64,000 bases of DNA from Actinomycetota bacterium. Its GTDB lineage: Bacteria > Actinomycetota > Acidimicrobiia > Acidimicrobiales > Ilumatobacteraceae. Every line of letters begins with the position of its first letter. Position 1 is the stretch's first letter. The notes beneath the pieces are model-generated. The model was not told where the DNA came from. It ran no database searches and worked only from the letters and a program-made list of their open reading frames with translations. The position numbers and the translations under genes are program-made. Shown in pieces: positions 57,069 to 64,000 of this stretch. The DNA lies in contig JAYUWK010000133.1 of NCBI GenBank assembly GCA_043753895.1, positions 2,644 to 66,643 of the forward strand, written 5' to 3'.

Positions 57069-57746
57069 ATGATTCGCGCTGTCGCCGCAATGCTCGGCGA
57101 GGAAACCGTGGTGATCATCGGCAGCCAGTCGATCCTCGCCTCGTTCCGCGAGTTCATACTTCCCGATGACGCAACGATGTCGGCCGAAGCGGACACCGTT
57201 CCCTTCGACGATGACGACGAGGCAAAGGCCGACAAGGTCGACGGCGTGCTCGGTGAAGCAAGCCACTTCTCCGAGAAGTACGGCATCTACGCTGCTGGTG
57301 TTTCGCCCTGGACCGCCCGTCTTCCGGCGGGCTGGGACGCTCGTCTGGTGCGGATCGAGGATCCCGAGGGTGGCGCTGTCGGCCTGTGCCTGCATCCCGA
57401 GGACCTGTGTGTAGCAAAAGTTCTGGCCGGCCGAGCAAAGGACATCCGATTCCTCGCTGCCGTGTTTCGGTCGGGCCTCGTGGACCCTGCCGCCGTATCT
57501 CGAAAGCTCACGACTGTCGCGCTTCGGCGGAGTGACGCGGAGGCCGTTCGACGAGCCCGAGCCTTTCTCGATGGTGTTCCACGCCTTGCCAAGTACGCCA
57601 AGGGACCACCACCGGCGACGCACGACATCTCGCGCGTCAGCGACAAGCTCGCGCGAATGCGGGACGCCTCCGTGTTGTGCGGCCGAACGAATAGCGATGG
57701 AACGCTCTGCCGGAACGACCGTCGTGAATGCGGAGATCATCGGTGA
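57069..57746 (+). CDS. Nucleotidyltransferase-like (DUF6036-type) protein with a C-terminal Cys/His-rich tail (toxin-like partner)
   Basis: It has VVIIGSQSILASF..., MSAEADTVPFDDDD, and DLCVAKVLAGRAKDIRF, which matches the KL.A.R.KD motif of this family. The tail is CGRTNSDGTLCRNDRRECGDH. Confidence 0.5.
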   Translation: MIRAVAAMLGEETVVIIGSQSILASFREFILPDDATMSAEADTVPFDDDDEAKADKVDGVLGEASHFSEKYGIYAAGVSPWTARLPAGWDARLVRIEDPEGGAVGLCLHPEDLCVAKVLAGRAKDIRFLAAVFRSGLVDPAAVSRKLTTVALRRSDAEAVRRARAFLDGVPRLAKYAKGPPPATHDISRVSDKLARMRDASVLCGRTNSDGTLCRNDRRECGDHR

Positions 57747-57805
57747 CTCTTGAGCGGTGGCCCCGTTGGTTTGACATCGTCGGCGAGTGACTCAATACTG
57801 GCTTG

Positions 57806-58801
57806 ATGTCCCTGACCGCGATCCGGCCCGACCTCGTGGCCGCGCAGGCCGAAGCGTGGCGCCGAGTCACGATGCCCGGTGCGTCGTTGACCGGTGCCGA
57901 ACGGGCGGCGATCGCACAGTTGGCATTGGCCGCGCTCGACGATCCCGAACCACTTGCACCGTGGGTGTTGCCCTCGCAGGCCGGACGCGAGATCCCCGTG
58001 TGTGCAGCAGTGTTGTCAGCGGACGTTCGCGATGCGGTGTATCGAATCGCACGTCATGCAGCGACCCTGACCGAGGGTTGGTACGACACGCTCATTGCGA
58101 GCGGCATCGACCCGTTCGCCTACGTAGAGATGGTTGGCGTGATCGCGGCGGTCGTTGCGGTCGACGGGTTCTTCCGCGCGTCGGGTCTCGAGCGACCACC
58201 ATTGCCGAACACCGTTGATGGAGCACCGCACGGCCAACATCCGCAGGTGGAACCTGCCACGTTGAACTGGGTGCCGGTTGCTGTGCCCGCCGATGCAGTC
58301 GCTGCGGTCGTGCAGGGTCTCAGTGCCTCGCCCGAGGAGATGGATACGGTTCGCCTCCTCGCTGCGGCTCAATACATCCCCTTCGATTCGATGGGCGAAC
58401 TCGGTTGGAGCCGGGGCACCCTCAGCCGTGGCGAGATGGAACTCGTCGCCGCGCGCCTGTCTCGGGCGCGCGAGTGTTTCTATTGAACGACGTCTCACGA
58501 GATGATGCTCCGTGCGAGCATCCCCGCTGATGAATCCGACACCCGTCGGGCAGTGTTGGAAGATTTCGTCGCCGCAGTGGTCGGCCACGATCCAGCCAGT
58601 GCCGATGCCGCTCGGGCAATGGTCGTGGACCAACTCGGTCCCGATTGGTTGATCGACGCATCAGCCGTGGTGGCCAACTTCGAGATGATGACCCGACTGG
58701 CAGATGGCACCGGCGCACGTCTGCGCCCAGCGCAGATGGAAGCCACGGTCGCGCTGCGAGAGCAGTTGGGTGTCGACGCGTTCCCATCCGCCCGTCGGTG
58801 A
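57806..58801 (+). CDS. CMD/AhpD-like protein with an in-frame TGA at 58484..58486, read as selenocysteine (C-F-Y-U-x3-H motif)
   Basis: Track ORFs 57803..58486 and 58502..58801 are in the same frame. The joined reading is ...LVAARLSRARECFY[TGA]TTSHEMMLRAS..., which reproduces the AhpD-core CxxCxxxH pattern with the second Cys replaced by TGA. A hairpin starts 17 nt after the TGA. Confidence 0.6.
58504..58522 (+). promoter_or_regulatory. SECIS-like hairpin downstream of the TGA at 58484
   Basis: GAUGCUC [CGUGC] GAGCAUC is a perfect 7-bp stem with a 5-nt loop containing G-U. Confidence 0.5.
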
Positions 58802-58821
58802 AACGCGAGGCTCGCGGCGGG

Positions 58822-60492
58822 TCAGCCGCCGGCGGGCGCCGGCAACTCGGCGACGTTGAGCCACCGTGCGCCGGTGGCGCGCCGAACCACAAAGGTGGTG
58901 GAGAACGGTGACGACACGCGCGATTGCAGGTGCCCTGCCGCGTCGTATGTCTCTTTCGCAACCGTGCCCCGTGACACTAGGCCCAAGCTCAAGCCATCTT
59001 GCTTGCCGAAGGGGATCAACAGGGTCACGTGAACGTTGTCGATCTGGTAGTGCTCGCTGACGGTCGTGCCGGTGAGTTGGGCCTCGCGCAGCCGAGCTTG
59101 CATGGCATCGAGGCGGTCGCCGTGGTCGACGGCGGTGAGGATCGTCGCGTCTTTGCGCAGCAGGGCCTGGTTCTCGAGCTCGAGGTTCTCGGCCAAGGTG
59201 AGCACGATCTGTTGCGCACCTGCACCGGAGATCTCGTGGTTCCAGTCGAGCACTCCCTGATCGATGGAGAACGTTGGGAACGTTGCCGGGTTGACGTCGT
59301 GTGGCACACGCCCGAGGACGGCTTCGGTGTCTGCGGCGAGGGCCCCGCGCGACGGAGCGCTGAGTGCCAGGATGCCGACGCCAAAAGCGGCAATCACGAC
59401 GCCGACTACAGCGACGCGGGCGGCGGCGCCCAGCACGCCTCTTTCGCCATCGCGACCGCTCACCAACGACATCACGAACGGTGCGACGTGGTCACCATCG
59501 CTGCCCGGCTCGGGAACCAAACGGTCCAGGATCGGACGGAACGCGCAGACCAGTACGAGCCCACCGAGGAGGGCGACCTTCGTGCCGAACTCTGTGGTCT
59601 GAGGCGCCATCAGCGCCACGGAGACAATCGCAACGAGCAGGCCGAACGCCAATCGCCCGACCCGACCCGAGGGAACAGTCTTCGGGTCGGTGATCATGAA
59701 GAAAAGGAAGATCAGGATCTCCGGTGAGGTGATGATCACCTTCCAGTAGTCGTAGCCACACACGGGTGTGAACGCCCAACGCGCGGTGATGCAGTGACCG
59801 GAACTGGCGAGAACACCGAGTCCGATCGCGAGCGCCACCCAGAACGTCGCCGCTGAGGCAAGAAGACGCAGGCGACCGGTGATCAGCGATCCGCCAACCA
59901 GGATGACGACGTAGGCCGGGATCATCCATCCGTTGAGCGGCGACCACCAGAAATCGAGCGGCTCGACGCGCGTGCTGCCGAGCAGCAAGAACGCAAGCAC
60001 GAGTCCGAGGTTCGATGGATTGAAAAGATGCGATCCCCGGTATTGGATCGTGTACTTGGTGAGCAGCGAGAACGCGGCAATGCCGGCGAAGACGTACCAC
60101 GCATGGAATGTCCAGTGGTCGTTCGGGGTGCCGGGCACGCGCAAGATGAGCGCGATGCCGCTCCCTGTCAGCATTGCGCTGGCTGGCCACACGAACGACT
60201 TGGTCTCGCGAAAGCTGATGGCCACGCCGATGATCGCGGTGGTCAAGATTGCAGCCAGGATCTGTGGGACGCTCACTCGGAAGTGGAGCCCGACCTGTCC
60301 GAGCACGTGAATGGTGATGACGACCGAAGCAACATGTAGTCGTGGATCGCGGATCTTCGGCAAGATCACCGGGTAACTGCGCGCTCCGAGCTTGAGCGTG
60401 CGTCGCTTCGCGGCCGCCGCAACGGAAGCGACGTCGTTGCCCGTCGGCAACCCACGACCGGGCATCGTGAGCACCGTGGATGCTCGTTGCAT
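58822..60492 (-). CDS. Polytopic membrane protein with NqrB/RnfD-like motifs and a C-terminal extracytoplasmic domain
   Basis: HLFNPSNLGLVLAFLLL and ILIFLFFMITDPKTVPSG resemble RnfD/NqrB signatures. The start is uncertain (ATG at 60492, 60513 or 60621). Confidence 0.45.
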   Translation of the reverse strand: MQRASTVLTMPGRGLPTGNDVASVAAAAKRRTLKLGARSYPVILPKIRDPRLHVASVVITIHVLGQVGLHFRVSVPQILAAILTTAIIGVAISFRETKSFVWPASAMLTGSGIALILRVPGTPNDHWTFHAWYVFAGIAAFSLLTKYTIQYRGSHLFNPSNLGLVLAFLLLGSTRVEPLDFWWSPLNGWMIPAYVVILVGGSLITGRLRLLASAATFWVALAIGLGVLASSGHCITARWAFTPVCGYDYWKVIITSPEILIFLFFMITDPKTVPSGRVGRLAFGLLVAIVSVALMAPQTTEFGTKVALLGGLVLVCAFRPILDRLVPEPGSDGDHVAPFVMSLVSGRDGERGVLGAAARVAVVGVVIAAFGVGILALSAPSRGALAADTEAVLGRVPHDVNPATFPTFSIDQGVLDWNHEISGAGAQQIVLTLAENLELENQALLRKDATILTAVDHGDRLDAMQARLREAQLTGTTVSEHYQIDNVHVTLLIPFGKQDGLSLGLVSRGTVAKETYDAAGHLQSRVSSPFSTTFVVRRATGARWLNVAELPAPAGG

Positions 60493-60577
60493 AGTGACGA
60501 CTTGCTCCCCCATCGACGGTAAGACTAGTGCAGGACTCCCAATCCGATGTGGGCGAGATCGACCAATCGATAATGAG

Positions 60578-62251
60578 TCAAGAATTGCTCGTCGGCGACC
60601 ATACTGCGGGCACTCCGGCACCGCGCGCGAGCGTGACGAACTGGTCGGCCTGCACCGTCATCCACGGGCCCATTTCGCCGTCAGGCCATTGCACGCGAAC
60701 CTGAGCCTGTGTGCCCGTGCCGAGACCGGTGTGCAACCAGCCGAGTTCGCCGCTGGCATGTCCACCGCCAACGGTGATCTCACGGGAAATGGTGCGGTTG
60801 CCGATCTTGATCTCGAGCCTGGCCCCGATCGCATCCACGTTCGGCGCCGCCTGATGCAACGCAATCGACAGCCAGTGCCCCATCGCCACCGAGTGTTGGG
60901 CATCACCGCTGCCGGCGTTGCGCCACAGTTGGATGTTCTGATCGCGGTCCACGACGGCAAGGTCGAGCAGGCCATCCATGTTGAAGTCCACGACCGCCGC
61001 ACCGCGCGACTTGGCGTAGCGCACGATCCCTGCGGCCTGCGCGCCCTCTGCGAATGTGCCATCGGCCTTGCCGATGAGGAGGTTGCTGGGGTCACGCGAA
61101 GATGTGTCGACTTGCGCATCGACGTTGCCTTTGGTGACGAACAGATCGATGAAGCCGTCGTTGTTGACATCTCCGAACTCAGGGTGCCATGCGGTGGAGG
61201 GCAGCACGTCGCCGCCGACGAAGGGCCGTTGGGCGGTGACCCCACGTTCCAGCGCGATATCGCGATAGGTGGGGTGGGATACGCCGGCATCCAGAGTCTG
61301 CAGCTTGTTGTCTCCCTGACTGGTGAGGAATACCTCGGGGAGACCATCGCCAGTGACGTCCTGACTGGCGATGCCCATGCCCCAGACCAGCAGTGGGCGC
61401 CAGCCATCGGCGTCGGTGTAGAGGCGCGGCGCGGCGTCGGGTGTCATCTGCCAGAGCTGCTCCTGGCCGTCGGAGTAGTAGTTGCGGTCGTTCGAGACCC
61501 GAAGATCGCGATGACCGTTGTGGCCCCAATCGCTGAACAGCATCGACAACGAGCAGTACCCCGGCGCAAGCACCGTCGGTGCGGCGTATTCGTTGCCATT
61601 CGCGAGAGGACGCACGAGCCGACTGGTGTCGCAGTCGTAGGTGTCAGGCACGAGGTAGTTCCCGAACGCAAGGGTCGGCAACGTGTTGGTGCCTTCCCAT
61701 GTGGCGCTGAAACCAACGGTCCATTCCTTGCCACCATCGATCGCGAAGCGCGCGTTCGCCGCCTCGAAGCGGCAGTCGCCCAATCCGTGCAACACCACGT
61801 TCCCGCCACGCCGCAGCACGACCAGATCGCTGATGCCATCACTGTCGATGTCGAGGGGATACGCCCCGGTGACCGCGGTGAGATCGGTCACCGGCGACAC
61901 GACTCGCTCGAAGCGCAACGCGCCACCGACGGTGCTGAGGTTGCGGTAGAGCGCTGCGGATTGTGCGCCGCCCGCGAGAAACACGTCGGGTCGACCGTCG
62001 CCGTTGCAGTCGAAGGTGCCCACGCCGCCGCCGACGAAGTAGTCGGAACCTCCGGTGTAGGCATGGTCGATTCCCGACGTCGGCGCGTCGTCGACAAAGT
62101 GGGGCACGTTCTTTACGTCCGCGCCAGTGGAGCCGGCGCTCGAGCATGCGGTGATCGCACCGGACACCGCCACGATCGCGGCAACGCCGAAGTGGAAACG
62201 GCCGCGAGGGGTCACCAAGGGATTTAACCACACCACGAAAGATCGGTGCAT
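60578..62251 (-). CDS. CRTAC1-family lipoprotein: FG-GAP/VCBS repeats plus a C-terminal ASPIC/UnbV domain
   Basis: It has a lipobox-like AITACSS and repeated DxDGDG-type loops (CNGDGRPDVFL, DIDSDGISDLVV, DVTGDGLPEVFL, DVNNDGFIDLFV, DFNMDGLLDLAV). The UnbV-like end is GARLEIKIGNRTISREITVGGGHASG. Confidence 0.75.
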   Translation of the reverse strand: MHRSFVVWLNPLVTPRGRFHFGVAAIVAVSGAITACSSAGSTGADVKNVPHFVDDAPTSGIDHAYTGGSDYFVGGGVGTFDCNGDGRPDVFLAGGAQSAALYRNLSTVGGALRFERVVSPVTDLTAVTGAYPLDIDSDGISDLVVLRRGGNVVLHGLGDCRFEAANARFAIDGGKEWTVGFSATWEGTNTLPTLAFGNYLVPDTYDCDTSRLVRPLANGNEYAAPTVLAPGYCSLSMLFSDWGHNGHRDLRVSNDRNYYSDGQEQLWQMTPDAAPRLYTDADGWRPLLVWGMGIASQDVTGDGLPEVFLTSQGDNKLQTLDAGVSHPTYRDIALERGVTAQRPFVGGDVLPSTAWHPEFGDVNNDGFIDLFVTKGNVDAQVDTSSRDPSNLLIGKADGTFAEGAQAAGIVRYAKSRGAAVVDFNMDGLLDLAVVDRDQNIQLWRNAGSGDAQHSVAMGHWLSIALHQAAPNVDAIGARLEIKIGNRTISREITVGGGHASGELGWLHTGLGTGTQAQVRVQWPDGEMGPWMTVQADQFVTLARGAGVPAVWSPTSNS

Positions 62252-62369
62252 TCGTGCCGGTCACGGTGCTGCAGGGATTCTCAACGGACCCACGTTGGGG
62301 TGTTAACCTCGCGTGACGGGTGCCTTGCTATGAGGTTTCCGAAATATGGAGAGATGGGGAGGTAGTTAT

Positions 62370-63464
62370 ATGCATACTCGACGTTGGGTAGCATTCGTAG
62401 CGGCCACACTTGTAGTGGCCTCGTGTAGCAGCAGTAGCAGCACCAAGACCACAACCGCTGGTACCACCGGTGGCACGACAGGTGCGTCGGCAGGCGGCTG
62501 CACGGTTGGTGTTTCTTGGAACAACTACCAAGAAGAGCGCTGGGCCAAGTGGGACGAGCCGGCCATCAAGGCAGCCATCGAAGCTGGCGGCGGCAAGTAC
62601 ATCTCGAACGACGCCAAGTCGTCGGCCGAGACGCAGGCCAGCAACATGGAGAACCTCATCACCCAGGGTGCAAAGGTGCTCATTGTTCTCGCGCAAGACG
62701 GTACGGCCGTGAAGCCCGCCGTCGCCAGCGCCATCGCCGGTGGCGTGCCCGTCATCGCCTACGACCGCCTCATCGAGGATCCGAAGGCGCTGTACATTAC
62801 ATTCGACAACAAGGGTGTTGGCAAGATGCAGGCCGAGGCGGTATTCGCCAAGGTCCCCAAGGGCAACTACGTCATCATCAAGGGCAACAAGGCTGACGCC
62901 AACGCTGACTTCCTGCGCTCCGGCATGGAAGAAGTCATCGGTGCCGCAGTGAAGAGCGGCGACATCAAGATTGTCGGCGAGACCTACACCGACAACTGGG
63001 ATCCTGCCAAGGCCCAGACCGAGATGGAGCAGTTCCTCACCGCCAACAGCAACAAGGTTGACGCAGTGTTGGCAGAGAACGACGGCATGGCCGGCGGCGC
63101 GATCGCCGCGCTCGACGCTCAGACCCTCGCCGGCAAGGTGCCGGTGTCGGGTCAGGACGGCGAGCAGGCCGCGCTCAACCGCGTTGCGGTGGGCACGCAG
63201 ACTGTCGACGTCTGGAAGGACAGCCGTGCACTCGGTACCGCCGCTGGCACTGCAGCCCTCGCACTGTGCAAGGGCAAAGATGCCGCAGCAGTGCCCGGCG
63301 CCAAGCCGTTCACGACGCCTGGCGGTAACAGCCTGGCCACGATCTTGCTCACGCCGATCCCCATCACCCAGGCAAACCTGAACGTGGTGCTCGACGCGAA
63401 GTGGATCGACAAGGCAGCACTCTGCAAGGGTGCTGACGCCGCGAAGGTGAAGGCCTGCGCCTAA
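62370..63464 (+). CDS. Sugar ABC transporter substrate-binding lipoprotein (XylF/D-xylose-binding-like)
   Basis: The ATG at 62370 is preceded by GGGGAGG. It has the lipobox LVVASCSS, then TVGVSWNNYQEERW, PVIAYDRLI and NDGMAGGAIAAL. Confidence 0.8.
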   Translation: MHTRRWVAFVAATLVVASCSSSSSTKTTTAGTTGGTTGASAGGCTVGVSWNNYQEERWAKWDEPAIKAAIEAGGGKYISNDAKSSAETQASNMENLITQGAKVLIVLAQDGTAVKPAVASAIAGGVPVIAYDRLIEDPKALYITFDNKGVGKMQAEAVFAKVPKGNYVIIKGNKADANADFLRSGMEEVIGAAVKSGDIKIVGETYTDNWDPAKAQTEMEQFLTANSNKVDAVLAENDGMAGGAIAALDAQTLAGKVPVSGQDGEQAALNRVAVGTQTVDVWKDSRALGTAAGTAALALCKGKDAAAVPGAKPFTTPGGNSLATILLTPIPITQANLNVVLDAKWIDKAALCKGADAAKVKACA

Positions 63465-63490
63465 GCGCAAGCCTGCAATGCATTGCTTGG

Positions 63491-63523
63491 ATGCCCCCCG
63501 CTTGCACCGCAGGCGGGGGGCAT
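63491..63523 (+). terminator. Strong GC-rich hairpin after the binding-protein gene (intra-operon attenuator/terminator-like)
   Basis: atgccccccgc (63491..63501) pairs perfectly with gcggggggcat (63513..63523), giving an 11-bp stem and an 11-nt loop. No clear T-tract follows. Confidence 0.5.
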
Positions 63524-63593
63524 TCACTATCCCGGCACAGCAATACAGTTGCGACGCACGTCGCCTGAGAATTCGTATGAGTAGAGGATCCGG

Positions 63594-64000
63594 ATGACGC
63601 ACGCATCACCCGCCGTCGATAGCGCACAGCCCGACCGACCCAAGCGCTCGTGGCGCGAGTTTGTCACCTCCAGCGGGATCGACACTCGATTGCTCGGCAT
63701 GGTCGTGGCCATTGCGGTCATCTGGCTCGCCTTCAACTTCATGTCCGACGGCAAGTTCATCACCTCACGCAACCTGTGGAACCTATCGGTGCAGACCGTC
63801 TCGATCAGCATCATGGCAACCGGCATGGTGCTCATCATCGTCACCCGCAACATCGATCTCTCGGTCGGGTCACTGCTCGGTTTCATCGGCTACACGATGG
63901 CGTTGGTCCAGACCGATGGCAAGATCTCACTCTTCGGTCTGAACCTCTCGCTCGATGCGCTCAAAGTGCATCACTGGTACACGTGGATCGTCGCGCTTGC
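63594..64000 (+). CDS. Sugar ABC transporter permease (XylH-like); the 3' end runs off the window
   Basis: The frame is open from the ATG at 63594 to the window end, so it is absent from the ORF track. My own translation gives ...RNLWNLSVQTVSISIMATGMVLIIVTRNIDLSVGSLLGFIGY..., typical of ribose/xylose-type permeases. Confidence 0.7.
   Translation, partial: MTHASPAVDSAQPDRPKRSWREFVTSSGIDTRLLGMVVAIAVIWLAFNFMSDGKFITSRNLWNLSVQTVSISIMATGMVLIIVTRNIDLSVGSLLGFIGYTMALVQTDGKISLFGLNLSLDALKVHHWYTWIVAL

Noticed and set aside
60392-62227. A 611-aa + strand ORF overlapping the whole CRTAC1-like gene.
   Set aside because: It is antisense to a gene with many clear FG-GAP/UnbV motifs and a lipoprotein signal. 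Its composition is low-complexity (R/G/A/V) with no motifs.
62328-63602. A 424-aa minus-strand ORF covering the sugar-binding protein gene.
   Set aside because: It is antisense to a well-supported XylF-like lipoprotein gene that has an RBS and a lipobox, so it is a shadow ORF.
1-64000. A scan for tRNA, rRNA, transposase, integrase, phage genes or flanking repeats of mobile elements.
   Set aside because: I found none. Intergenic regions are short (mostly under 200 bp) and none showed cloverleaf-like or IS-like terminal inverted repeat structure. By-eye scanning cannot exclude small ncRNAs.

Overview
This is a high-G+C (about two-thirds G+C by eye), densely packed bacterial chromosomal segment with about 55 protein-coding genes. 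It has an actinobacterial flavour: mycofactocin mftE/mftF, a mycothiol-type DinB enzyme, a tandem-GNAT enzyme, F420-type LLM and PPOX enzymes, an ECF sigma/anti-sigma pair, a PknB-like kinase and a VapBC pair. I recognised no rRNA, tRNA, CRISPR array, transposase or integrase. All product calls come from reading motifs in the supplied translations; no database search was possible.

Main blocks:
- 1-4.5 kb: amino-acid-type ABC uptake genes, including an unusual MFS-LivF-LivG fusion.
- 4.5-7.9 kb: ung, an acidic repeat protein, vapBC and an ECF sigma pair.
- 14.3-16.5 kb: an mftE-mftF pair with no mftABCD nearby.
- 18.2-21.6 kb: an etfA-fixC-fixX-etfB cluster.
- 22.6-28.4 kb: a MacB/FtsX-type ABC exporter with two tandem permease paralogues.
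- 28.8-33.2 kb: a large adenylate cyclase/ATPase operon with two CMD (AhpD-like) genes.
- 33.7-38.5 kb: a peroxide/thiol stress block.
- 38.5-42.1 kb: an envelope acyltransferase plus a GT-C/SGNH fusion.
- 46.9-54.5 kb: a stretch with three disrupted genes.
- 56.5-57.7 kb: an XRE/nucleotidyltransferase toxin-antitoxin-like pair.
- 62.4 kb to the end: the start of a sugar ABC uptake operon.

The most interesting signal is three redox genes, each interrupted by a single in-frame TGA exactly where the catalytic cysteine is expected. They are a glutathione peroxidase (NVASA-TGA-GLTPQY) and two CMD/AhpD-like proteins (C-x-x-TGA). Each TGA is followed 11, 14 or 17 nt later by a 6-7 bp hairpin whose apical loop contains G-U (GGUC, GGUC, CGUGC). 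I read these as selenocysteine (Sec) codons with bacterial SECIS (Sec insertion sequence) elements, not pseudogenes. The Sec machinery (selABCD) is not in this window, so this needs genome-wide confirmation.
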